Shown in pieces: positions 7,863 to 15,872 of a stretch of 32,000 nucleotides of DNA (position 1 is its first letter; each line of letters starts with the position of its first letter). The stretch is from positions 75,177 to 107,176 of the forward strand of contig CAYYXT010000002.1 of the NCBI GenBank assembly GCA_964475825.1. The letters are read 5' to 3'. The position numbers and the translations under genes are program-made. The DNA comes from an uncultured Nitrosopumilaceae archaeon (GTDB taxonomy: Archaea; Thermoproteota; Nitrososphaeria; Nitrososphaerales; Nitrosopumilaceae). Under the pieces are notes generated by a model. The model was not told the DNA's origin. It worked only from the letters and a program-made list of their open reading frames with translations, and ran no database searches.

Positions 7863-8173
7863 ATTTTAATTAAAATAATTTCAATATTTGAAGTCATTCT
7901 TCCAATCCCAGCAGCAGCTTCGGTATCCAGTTTTATTTTTTGAACTTTGGAATTTCCATGCAACATCTTTTCTGTTATGATGTTTGCCACTGCAACTGCA
8001 TTTGGAATTGAATTGCCAACTGCTCTGAGAATTACTTTCTTTTTATTTCCCAATATTGGTAGGAGATCTATAGCTGATTGCATAACTGGGTCGTTTCGAA
8101 TGTAAACTATGGTATCATCAGATTTGTTGATCTGCTCTTGACCATATTCTTCCTTAATCTCTTCCATGAGCAT
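7859..8173 (-). CDS. albA: Alba DNA/RNA-binding chromatin protein
   Basis: KKKVILRAVGNSIPNAVAVANIITEKML and the C-terminal strands (MTSNIEIILIKI) match the Alba fold signature. 104 aa. Its 3' end overlaps the convergent gene by 4 nt. Confidence 0.9.
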   Translation of the reverse strand: MLMEEIKEEYGQEQINKSDDTIVYIRNDPVMQSAIDLLPILGNKKKVILRAVGNSIPNAVAVANIITEKMLHGNSKVQKIKLDTEAAAGIGRMTSNIEIILIKI

Positions 8174-8228
8174 TATTCAATAATTCGCAATTTTGTGTTC
8201 TATTAAGTTTTATCGACGATTGATTCAC

Positions 8229-8750
8229 TTAATCAAAGTAGTCGATTGGTATGTTTTGATAATCCCCATTTGGGAGTACTCTTCTAATAGTAATTGGAAT
8301 TACTCTTTGTTCTAATTCCTCCATTGCAATATCTAGTGATATCCTTGCAGTTTTTGGAATTGGAATGAATGGAGGTGCTCCTAGGGATAATTGTAATGCT
8401 CTTGCTCCCATAATTCTTGCTTTTTCAAATCTTGTTAATGTTGGCGGTCCAATTGTAATCTTACCTTTTTCACAAGGAATCTCTACTGGTTCATGCTCTT
8501 CAATTGTTTCTACAACCTCTCGTGTTTCAATCTCTTTGATTCTTTTTTCAAGTGCCTCTTGTTGTTTTTCAGTTAGTGGTTCTAGACCTTCATTTTTTTC
8601 AATTAATTTTCGATAAGTATCTAATGCTTTGTTTAATCCTGTGTTTACCTCTACGTCGCCATCAAAAATTTCCTCAGTTTCTGGAGCTTCTACATATTCT
8701 TCTGGCTCTTCTACAATTAATTCAGCTTCATTAGCATCCGACAAGTACAC
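8229..8750 (-). CDS. rpoK: DNA-directed RNA polymerase subunit Rpo6 (RpoK/Rpb6 homologue) with long acidic N-terminal extension
   Basis: The C-terminal 70 aa, LTRFEKARIMGARALQLSLGAPPF...IAMEELEQRVIPITIRRVLPNGDY, form the Rpb6/omega core. I place the start at in-frame GTG 8750 (or TTG 8744). The ATG at 8903 would add a hydrophobic junk N-terminus and overlap the divergent gene. Confidence 0.75.
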   Translation of the reverse strand: MYLSDANEAELIVEEPEEYVEAPETEEIFDGDVEVNTGLNKALDTYRKLIEKNEGLEPLTEKQQEALEKRIKEIETREVVETIEEHEPVEIPCEKGKITIGPPTLTRFEKARIMGARALQLSLGAPPFIPIPKTARISLDIAMEELEQRVIPITIRRVLPNGDYQNIPIDYFD

Positions 8751-8832
8751 AAATTCTCTCAAAGCGTTATATAATCCAATAATTCTAAAGTACAAATTGA
8801 GTTCGCCATCAGTCTCAAGAAAACAAATAGTC

Positions 8833-9183
8833 TTGGAAATTAAAGGAAAAATAAAGATCCAATGTGATCTAAAACGACATTTGTCACCAAGAACTGTTGG
8901 CACAATAATGAGATCTTTGCCATTGGAGGGACATGCTCATTTTCTAGGAAAAAGTATAGCGTACTTTGAGACTGCAGTTGATTCTGGAATTGAAAGATCT
9001 ACTAAAGAATTCAAAAAAGGAGATATTGCATTTTTATCATCCGCTGGAAGTATTTGCTTTTTCATTGAAGATGCTTCACCTGGAAAAATAATGACACCGA
9101 TTGGAAAAATATTGGGAAACATTGATGCACTAAAAGATGTGAAATCTGGAGATGTTTTTTGTCTCTATGAGGAAACTGCCTGA
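8833..9183 (+). CDS. Cyclophilin-like (TM1367-type) small beta-barrel protein
   Basis: GDIAFLSSAGSICFFIE and PIGKILGNIDALKDVKSGDVFCLYE resemble the cyclophilin-like TM1367 family layout as I recall it. I place the start at in-frame TTG 8833. The upstream part of the listed ORF (8629 onward) is low-complexity Ser-rich antisense of rpoK. Confidence 0.55.
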   Translation: MEIKGKIKIQCDLKRHLSPRTVGTIMRSLPLEGHAHFLGKSIAYFETAVDSGIERSTKEFKKGDIAFLSSAGSICFFIEDASPGKIMTPIGKILGNIDALKDVKSGDVFCLYEETA

Positions 9184-9485
9184 TAAATGTGATGGCCACT
9201 ATATCCACCAACACGTTTGACAAGTCCTTTCTTTGTTGATTCTATTAAAAATACATTTGCTGCTGAAATTTTAACTCCTGTTTGTCTTGCAAGATCATGA
9301 CATGTTACAACTTTAGAGTTTTGAATTATTTTGATTGCTTCTTTCTCATTTACCATTACTGTGATATCTGCCTTACGTGGTCCGCTTTCTCCCTTGTCTT
9401 TCTTGCCTTTTTTTGAATCCTTTGAATCCTTTGATCCTTGAGCCTTATCTTGTTTTCCTGGAGTTACTTTCTTTGTTCCACCCAT
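9165..9485 (-). CDS. rps25e: 30S ribosomal protein S25e
   Basis: Lys-rich N-terminal tail followed by a winged-helix core (VTCHDLARQTGVKISAANVFLIESTKKGLVKRVGGYSGHHIYQ) typical of eS25. Overlaps the convergent gene by 19 nt. Confidence 0.85.
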   Translation of the reverse strand: MGGTKKVTPGKQDKAQGSKDSKDSKKGKKDKGESGPRKADITVMVNEKEAIKIIQNSKVVTCHDLARQTGVKISAANVFLIESTKKGLVKRVGGYSGHHIYQAVSS

Positions 9486-9504
9486 AATCTCAGAAAAAAA
9501 TATT

Positions 9505-9517
9505 CCTCTTATAAACG
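9505..9517 (-). promoter_or_regulatory. Candidate TATA box for rps25e
   Basis: The minus strand reads cgTTTATAAgagg, centred about 27 nt upstream of the ATG at 9485. Confidence 0.4.
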
Positions 9518-9600
9518 ATGTATAATACTTGAATCTGAATCCTATTTTGTAAACCTGATGCAGATCAAAATCGTGTTATTTATGTCTAAATTTTTTTTCA

Positions 9601-9610
9601 AATATAAATA
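9601..9610 (+). promoter_or_regulatory. Candidate TATA box for the 9632 gene
   Basis: aatataaata is centred about 27 nt upstream of the ATG at 9632 and is preceded by a T/A-rich tract. Confidence 0.4.
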
Positions 9611-9631
9611 ACATCTTGTTTATAGATAATC

Positions 9632-9844
9632 ATGGGTATTGTTTCAAAAGGTGCTAAATGCAATGTTGAGGGCTGTGAAAAAGAAGGCGCTCGTTCATTA
9701 AACACCGCCAAAGTAGAAAATGCCGGATTACATGTAAGTTCCGTAGGCAAAAAGTCTGTTCTATGTAAAGATCATTATAAAGAATGGAAAAAAGAATCTA
9801 AAGACGATAGAGATCTAGAACGTGCTCGTTTTAACAAGTTTTAG
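9632..9844 (+). CDS. Small basic Cys/His (C-x4-C ... C-x2-H) putative zinc-binding protein
   Basis: 70 aa, KCNVEGCEKEG...VLCKDHYKEWKK, with a Lys/Arg/Asp-rich tail. It has good TATA spacing and is followed by a strong T-tract. Confidence 0.55.
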   Translation: MGIVSKGAKCNVEGCEKEGARSLNTAKVENAGLHVSSVGKKSVLCKDHYKEWKKESKDDRDLERARFNKF

Positions 9845-9877
9845 TCTTTTTTATTTTTCTTTGCTTTTTATTTTCTG
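9845..9877 (+). terminator. Oligo-T archaeal terminator region
   Basis: tcttttttatttttctttgctttttattttctg lies immediately after the TAG at 9842-9844 and contains several T5-T6 runs. Confidence 0.45.
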
Positions 9878-10109
9878 TTGGTGCCCGATTTGACATTATT
9901 TTCAATCGATGTTCAAAAAACTAACCATGTGCAGAACTTTTTTTCGATTTTGTTAATTTTATAATTATTTACAGAAAAAGAAAATTAATACTAAACAACT
10001 CAAATAACACCAAACATATGTAGAATGATTTTGTGGTAATGTCCTAAAATACATAACATTTCAGACTAAACTTTAAACTCTGAATCATTTACCTTACCTT
10101 GAGATTAAA

Positions 10110-10454
10110 ATGAAAAATCCTGATATATCGTTTGGATTGACTGAATACGAACTATCTGATTTAATCCAGCATAACAGTAATCTAGTAATATGTGACTTGA
10201 GAAAAAAGGAAGATTTTGCCAAAGGCCACATTAAAAAATCAATCCTCGTACAATACAATGAAGAAAACTTACTTGATATTCCAAAACTCTCAAAGGTAGT
10301 TTTGATAAGCAAAGATGAGGAACAATCAAAAAAAATGGTTATTGCCTTACGTTCTCATGATATTGATGCGTTCTATCTAATTGGCGGAATAAAAAACTGG
10401 TCAAAGGGACTTTACTACACAAATATTTCTTATGTGGGAACAGGATACCTATAA
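10110..10454 (+). CDS. Rhodanese-homology domain protein lacking the catalytic cysteine
   Basis: LVICDLRKKEDFAKGHIKKSI ... VVLISKDEEQSKKMVIALRSHDIDAFYLIGGIKNWSKG follows the rhodanese layout. Ser replaces the active-site Cys at the vvvyC position. Confidence 0.65.
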   Translation: MKNPDISFGLTEYELSDLIQHNSNLVICDLRKKEDFAKGHIKKSILVQYNEENLLDIPKLSKVVLISKDEEQSKKMVIALRSHDIDAFYLIGGIKNWSKGLYYTNISYVGTGYL

Positions 10455-10460
10455 CACAAA

Positions 10461-10808
10461 ATGAATATTATTGATTTGCATAACCCTCAAAGAATAAACC
10501 GTAAACCTGATGGTGTTGAGGTGTTGTTTTCTTCAGGTAATTTTGTAGACCTAGGATTTTCCGTACATAAAGTTGAACTTCGTCTATATCTGGAAAAAAC
10601 AGACGAGAAATTGGGATCTTATTCACTAATTACATCATTTGTTGAAACTGATAAGGGTTCAGTAGAGATGATTTATGATGAAGGATTCCGTGGAGAAGAT
10701 TCGCTTAATCGTACGGTGCAGTTTCTTACATCGAATTTGGGTATATCTGGATTAATTTTACGATCAATCATCACTTTACGAGATCGGATTGAAAAACAAA
10801 AGGCATGA
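10461..10808 (+). CDS. Hypothetical protein
   Basis: 115-aa ORF starting 7 nt after the preceding gene. Composition is coding-like and no motif is recognised. Confidence 0.45.
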   Translation: MNIIDLHNPQRINRKPDGVEVLFSSGNFVDLGFSVHKVELRLYLEKTDEKLGSYSLITSFVETDKGSVEMIYDEGFRGEDSLNRTVQFLTSNLGISGLILRSIITLRDRIEKQKA

Positions 10809-10992
10809 TCCAATATTTTCATCAAATCATAGTAGACTCCTGCTGTATGATATCTTCCTTTTTAAAAATAGCCACGTGACTTGTATCCTTTATGTGTAAA
10901 GACAGTATTTTATTAAACAATTCAAAAAGTAAACTTTTCAATCATATTTTATTATGATCCCGAATTAAATTCATCTTACTTTTAAGAATGTT

Positions 10993-11394
10993 ATGAAAGG
11001 CGATGTTTTACTACAAAATATCAAGGTTAGTGGGCTTGTTCCAGTATCTGCAGGAAAAAAAGCTAAAGAAACCAAATTAATGATTCGTGAAGCCATTATT
11101 ACCAAACTAGGAAAGAATGTTGATAATGTAAGAAAAAGATGCGCCGGAAAACCCCTGTCAATTAGTATTACTTTTTTTCTACACAAGGCAACACACACCA
11201 AAAAAGATCTAGATGGTCTTTCAAATACTGTCATCAAAATTCTTGGAGAAGAAATGTCTTCAAAGAAAGATGCCCTAAAAGGCCTGGAAATTGTGACTAA
11301 TACTAATCTGATTCACAGAATAATATTGGAAAAAAACGTAGTTAAAAAAGACATAAAGGAAGAATTCTCTTTTTCCATATATGAATGGGATTAA
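10993..11394 (+). CDS. Hypothetical protein with weak RusA-like (Holliday junction resolvase fold) pattern
   Basis: PLSISITFFLHKATHTKKDLDGLSNTVIKILG then LIHRIILEKN..FSFSIYEW parallels RusA (strand, then DLDNL.K...DAL, then DD..V, then terminal strand). The later acidic pair is replaced here by TNTN. Confidence 0.45.
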   Translation: MKGDVLLQNIKVSGLVPVSAGKKAKETKLMIREAIITKLGKNVDNVRKRCAGKPLSISITFFLHKATHTKKDLDGLSNTVIKILGEEMSSKKDALKGLEIVTNTNLIHRIILEKNVVKKDIKEEFSFSIYEWD

Positions 11395-11525
11395 TGATGA
11401 AATATTAGACACATCTACTTTCTGTACTTTGCATGGTGCCATTTTTTACTATACTGAAAACTTATTTGAGCAAAATTAGGCTCGATCTAAGCCATTTTAC
11501 ATTACAATGTAGGGCAAACTAGCCA

Positions 11526-11538
11526 AAGATTTAATTCA
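11526..11538 (+). promoter_or_regulatory. Candidate TATA box for thrS
   Basis: aaagatttaattc is centred about 28 nt upstream of the GTG start at 11560. Confidence 0.35.
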
Positions 11539-11559
11539 ATTATTAATTGGTTTGAGATT

Positions 11560-13434
11560 GTGCGTATATTACAACTACACTGTGACAGCATAGAATACAC
11601 TCCTACAAAAAAGGAGATCAAAAGTGCTGAGGAAATTACCCCTGAAACAAAAAGACTAGAGGAAGTCGTTGTTGCATTTGTAGCAATTGAACAAGGAGAT
11701 GACTCTTCTGTTGCCCAAAACGCAATATCTCAAATAAAAAACTCTATGGAAAAAATCGGCTGTAAAAAATTACTGTTATACCCATATGCTCATCTTAGCT
11801 CAAATTTGGCAGCTCCCTCAATTGCATTATCATTACTTAAAGAAATGGAGTCTTCTGCATCAGAGTTGGAAGTCTCTCACTCTCCGTTTGGTTGGACAAA
11901 GTCATACAAAGTTCAAGTAAAGGGACATCCCCTTGCTGAAAGTTCCAAAGTTGTAACAAAAGAAAGTACAGGAGAAAAAAGTTCAAACGAAGAAAAGGAA
12001 ATGACTTCTGATGCTCTAAAAGTTGAATCAAAAATTACATCTTATTGGAAAATACTTTCCCCAGATGGAACATTGAGCAATATCGGCGATTTTAATTTTT
12101 CAAAACATCCAAAACTTGAAATACTTGCAAAATATGAATCCGCAAAAAAGAGAGCTGTAGATGAGCCACCGCCACATGTTGCATTGATGAAAAAAATGGC
12201 AATTGCAGACTATGAACCAGCTTCTGATTCTGGAAACATGCGCTTTTTTCCAAATGGTCGTTTGATTAAATCGCTTATTGAAAGATATGTCACTGACAGA
12301 GTCAAAGAGTATGGCGGATATGAAGTCGAGACTCCAATTATGTATGATTCTCATCATCCTAGTATGGTTAGTTATTTCAATAGATTTCCGGCAAGACAAT
12401 ACAATATAGATTCAGAAGGGAAAAAACTATTTTTGAGATTTGCTGCATGTTTTGGACAATTTCTAATGGCAAATGAATATCAAATGTCATACAAGAATTT
12501 ACCCTACAGACTATACGAATTAACTCGTTACAGTTTCAGACGTGAACAATCTGGAGAACTGGTGGGATTGAGACGACTGCGTGCATTTACCATGCCTGAT
12601 TGTCATGCCTTTTGCAAAGACATCGAACAATCGATTCAAGAAATCAACGTTAGATTTGACTTGTCCCGTGATGTTCTAAAAGAACTTGGTATTGAAGATT
12701 CTGATTATGAAATGGCAATTCGATTTACTGAGGATTTCTATAATGAAAACAAGTCTTCCATTGAAGAACTAGTTAAGAAACATGGTAGACCAGTATTAGT
12801 TGAAATGTGGAAGGAGAAATTCTTTTATTTTGTTTTGAAATGGGAGTTTAACTTTGTCGATAACACTGGAAAAGCATCTGCACTTTCCACTGATCAAATA
12901 GATGTTGAAAATGGAAACCGTTATGGAATTGAATTTGTAGATGAACACAATGTTCGTAAAAATCCTATAATTTTACACAACTCTCCAAGTGGTGCAATTG
13001 AGAGAATAATCTATGTGCTATTAGAAAAGGCAGCACAAGATATCAAGGAAGGACGAAAACCTCAATTCCCACTATGGCTTGCACCAATACAAGTGCGCGT
13101 AATTCCACTAAAAGAAGAATTCTCCGGCATATGTGATACTTTGACTGATAAACTATCATCTCACAATATTCGAGTTGACATTGATGATAGAAACGAAAGC
13201 ATCGGAAAAAGAATCCGAGATGCAGAAAAAGACTGGATTCGCTATATCCTTGTAATTGGAGAAAAGGAAGCAAATTCAGAAAATCTAAGTATTCGAGACA
13301 GACAAACAGGAGATGTTAGAGAATTGACATTTGATGATTTTATTAATGAAGTAAGTGAGCAAACAAGAGGCAAACCATTCACTGGACTAAACCTTCCAAA
13401 GTATCTCTCACATAGACCTCAACTGATGGTGTAA
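11560..13434 (+). CDS. thrS: Threonyl-tRNA synthetase, archaeal type with N-terminal editing domain
   Basis: The N-terminus MRILQLHCDSIEYTP is the archaeal ThrRS editing-domain style. Class II motif 2 is FRREQSGELVGLRRLRAFTMPDCH, and a C-terminal anticodon-binding domain is present (QVRVIPL..., ILVIGEKE). GTG start. Confidence 0.95.
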   Translation: MRILQLHCDSIEYTPTKKEIKSAEEITPETKRLEEVVVAFVAIEQGDDSSVAQNAISQIKNSMEKIGCKKLLLYPYAHLSSNLAAPSIALSLLKEMESSASELEVSHSPFGWTKSYKVQVKGHPLAESSKVVTKESTGEKSSNEEKEMTSDALKVESKITSYWKILSPDGTLSNIGDFNFSKHPKLEILAKYESAKKRAVDEPPPHVALMKKMAIADYEPASDSGNMRFFPNGRLIKSLIERYVTDRVKEYGGYEVETPIMYDSHHPSMVSYFNRFPARQYNIDSEGKKLFLRFAACFGQFLMANEYQMSYKNLPYRLYELTRYSFRREQSGELVGLRRLRAFTMPDCHAFCKDIEQSIQEINVRFDLSRDVLKELGIEDSDYEMAIRFTEDFYNENKSSIEELVKKHGRPVLVEMWKEKFFYFVLKWEFNFVDNTGKASALSTDQIDVENGNRYGIEFVDEHNVRKNPIILHNSPSGAIERIIYVLLEKAAQDIKEGRKPQFPLWLAPIQVRVIPLKEEFSGICDTLTDKLSSHNIRVDIDDRNESIGKRIRDAEKDWIRYILVIGEKEANSENLSIRDRQTGDVRELTFDDFINEVSEQTRGKPFTGLNLPKYLSHRPQLMV

Positions 13435-13436
13435 AA

Positions 13437-14318
13437 ATGAGTTTTCTAGATTTATACATGAACAGAAATCCTATGATCACCGCTTCTTGTGGTGATTCTG
13501 AGCCTGTGGCAACTGTCTTTGGAATTCCGTTTGATTCTACACACTCTTACAAGCCTGGATGCAGATTCGGACCTGATGTTATTCGTGACGCATTTAACAA
13601 TATTGAGATATTTCACCCCCAATTTGGCATTGATCTGGAAACTGTAAACATTGAAGATTTAGGAAATACAACTCATACAGTTTTGGCAAGTGAGATGATT
13701 GACATGGTTGGCAAAATCACAAAAGAACTAGTTGCAAAGAAAAGACAACTGTTCATTTTAGGTGGTGAGCACTCTATCACATATGGTACATACATGAGTT
13801 TTCCAAAAGAAACTGGTTATGTTGTATTTGATGCTCATTATGATTTGCGTGATGAATATGCAAACGTCAAACTAAGTCATGCCGCCTACCTTAGAAGAAT
13901 TGTAGAAAAAAGAGGTACAGATAATATCTTACATGTTGGTGCACGAGCATTTGTAAAAGAAGAGCTAGAATTTCTAAAAGAACACAACATCAAAACAATC
14001 TCTGACAGACAAGTGCGAGAAGGAAAAGGTCCCCAACTTCTAAAGGAATTTACATCTTCCTTTGATTCTATGTATGCTAGTTTTGATCTTGATGTCTTGG
14101 ATCCTGCATATGCACCAGGTGTTGGAAATCCTGAAGCTGCAGGTATGACATCTCGCGAACTCTTTGATTTGATTTATTCACTTGAAAACAAAAAAGTAAC
14201 AGGTGTTGATATTGTGGAACTAAATCCTCAATATGATAACGGAGCTACTGCATCAATTGCAGCAAAGATAATGTCTACCTTAATTGCTATGAATTTGGCT
14301 CGATTAAACTATCAATGA
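13437..14318 (+). CDS. speB: Agmatinase (ureohydrolase family)
   Basis: Mn-binding motifs GGEHSITYG, DAHYDLRD and SFDLDVLDPAYAPGVGNPEAAGMT are present. The gene starts 2 nt after the thrS stop. Confidence 0.9.
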   Translation: MSFLDLYMNRNPMITASCGDSEPVATVFGIPFDSTHSYKPGCRFGPDVIRDAFNNIEIFHPQFGIDLETVNIEDLGNTTHTVLASEMIDMVGKITKELVAKKRQLFILGGEHSITYGTYMSFPKETGYVVFDAHYDLRDEYANVKLSHAAYLRRIVEKRGTDNILHVGARAFVKEELEFLKEHNIKTISDRQVREGKGPQLLKEFTSSFDSMYASFDLDVLDPAYAPGVGNPEAAGMTSRELFDLIYSLENKKVTGVDIVELNPQYDNGATASIAAKIMSTLIAMNLARLNYQ

Positions 14319-14385
14319 GTTGTATCTTAATTCGATGTGATGCTTTTGCAATATGAAAAATTTGTTAACAACCCAACCAAAATCA

Positions 14386-14398
14386 CTTTATTAAAAAG
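14386..14398 (+). promoter_or_regulatory. Candidate TATA box for the 14417 gene
   Basis: ctttattaaaaag is centred about 25 nt upstream of the ATG at 14417. Confidence 0.35.
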
Positions 14399-14416
14399 TC
14401 TAACTGGGAAAATCAT

Positions 14417-14998
14417 ATGTTAAATAACCTAAGGGACATGCTGCAGCCCATACTTGAAAAGATTGGAAAGGCATTTGCCTCAACAGGTCTCTCGCCAAAC
14501 TTTTGGACTTTGGCAGGTCTTGTATTTGCTCTTGCATCTGCACTAGTCTATGGACTAAGTATTGAATTTGGATTGATTATTGGTGGAATCCTATTGCTTG
14601 TATCTGGATTTTTTGATATGGTAGATGGGCAAGTAGCAAGAGTAACTGGCAAAACCTCTCAGAAGGGCTCTTATCTTGATTCAATGTTTGACAAGATTGC
14701 CGAAGTTGCAATATTTCTGGGACTGTTAGTTGGCGGATATGCAGAACCATATCTTGTAATGCTTGCAATTACTTTGTCACTATTAGTAAGTTATGCCAGA
14801 GCAAAATCCGACGCATTAAACATCAAGCTACAGGGAATTGGTATTGGGGAGAGAGCAGAGCGTTTACTGGTAATTGCAATTATTGGAATAATTGGATATA
14901 TGGAGCCAGCAGTGATTATTGTAGTAGTAATTGCAGGAATTACACTAGTTCAGAGAATGATTGTAACTGCTAAAAACATCAAAGAAAAAACTGATTAA
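14417..14998 (+). CDS. CDP-alcohol phosphatidyltransferase (archaetidyl-inositol-phosphate/serine synthase-like)
   Basis: Complete signature D-x2-D-G-x2-A-R-x8-G-x3-D-x3-D in DMVDGQVARVTGKTSQKGSYLDSMFDK. About 6 TM helices and 193 aa. Confidence 0.85.
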   Translation: MLNNLRDMLQPILEKIGKAFASTGLSPNFWTLAGLVFALASALVYGLSIEFGLIIGGILLLVSGFFDMVDGQVARVTGKTSQKGSYLDSMFDKIAEVAIFLGLLVGGYAEPYLVMLAITLSLLVSYARAKSDALNIKLQGIGIGERAERLLVIAIIGIIGYMEPAVIIVVVIAGITLVQRMIVTAKNIKEKTD

Positions 14999-15209
14999 AT
15001 GCTATTTTTGAAAAGAATTTTTCTATGTTGACTGATTTTGCTTAATAAAATTCAAATTAACTAACGTTTTTTTATATTGAAGAGATTTACTAAATTGCCC
15101 AGCAATGAAGAATAATAGAGCATTGATTGATGTACAAAATGATTCACTGTTTCACGATCTGAGCTAGGCAAAAAATTAAAATTTTAAAATAATTCTACCC
15201 CCTATAACA

Positions 15210-15263
15210 AATCCAATACATCTGGAATGATGGCATTAATTTGTAAATGACTTGTATTGGATT
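15210..15263. repeat. Perfect 11-bp inverted repeat with 32-nt spacer
   Basis: AATCCAATACA (15210-15220) and TGTATTGGATT (15253-15263) are exact reverse complements. The repeat lies about 60 nt downstream of the rps26e stop on the minus strand. Confidence 0.6.
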
Positions 15264-15321
15264 ATGATCAAACTAGCAATATGACTAAATTATAATTTCA
15301 AATCCACAAAACAGAATAATA

Positions 15322-15609
15322 CTAACGGAGTTTTCCGCGCTGTCTTCTGCTGTCTTCGGATCTAATTTTTAGAATCTTAAAGTGAATTGCACATGAAATA
15401 CAATACCATTTCAATACTGTTGGTGATGCGATGTATGCTCCTTGAGCACGTAGTTCTTTAGCCAAAGTATGTTCTACTAGATTTAATCTGGATGTGACTT
15501 TCTTTGCTTTGTCTTTTGGTACTGTGCAACCACAGTTTGTGCACTGTATAGTGCCTGATGATCCTTTGCCTCCTTTTGTACGTCCTCTACTTGCACGCTT
15601 AAGTGGCAT
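15322..15609 (-). CDS. rps26e: 30S ribosomal protein S26e
   Basis: RGRTKGGKGSSGTIQCTNCGCTVPKDKA ... YCISCAIH is the eS26 zinc-ribbon pattern (C-x2-C ... C-x2-C). 95 aa. Confidence 0.9.
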   Translation of the reverse strand: MPLKRASRGRTKGGKGSSGTIQCTNCGCTVPKDKAKKVTSRLNLVEHTLAKELRAQGAYIASPTVLKWYCISCAIHFKILKIRSEDSRRQRGKLR

Positions 15610-15630
15610 GAAAATAATCTAATTTGCCTC

Positions 15631-15638
15631 CTTATATT
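15631..15638 (-). promoter_or_regulatory. Candidate TATA box for rps26e
   Basis: The minus strand reads gAATATAAGg, centred about 26 nt upstream of the ATG at 15609. Confidence 0.35.
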
Positions 15639-15872
15639 CTTGTTTGATTTTGATTCTTCCTGCTTATATGAGATCATTCAAAAACTTCTATTCAAACTCC
15701 TTTAGTTTTATTTCGATAATTTCCACTTTATTCTAATCACAGTAATAGTTGCCATACTTATTGGAAGTGGTTCATGTATTGATTCTCTATTGGAGAAAAA
15801 GAAAATGAAAACTAGACTTTTGAGCATTCCTACAAACCTTAGATGTTCCTTTATTATGGGAAAATCCTCATA

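Noticed and set aside
11394-11457. Possible C/D-box sRNA: ATGATGA at 11394-11400 and CTGA at 11454-11457, 63 nt apart
   Set aside because: The internal D' and C' boxes are absent or badly degenerate, and the guide spacings do not fit the 12-nt rule. No terminal stem flanks the boxes, and the C box overlaps the stop codon region (taatgatga), where such strings arise trivially.
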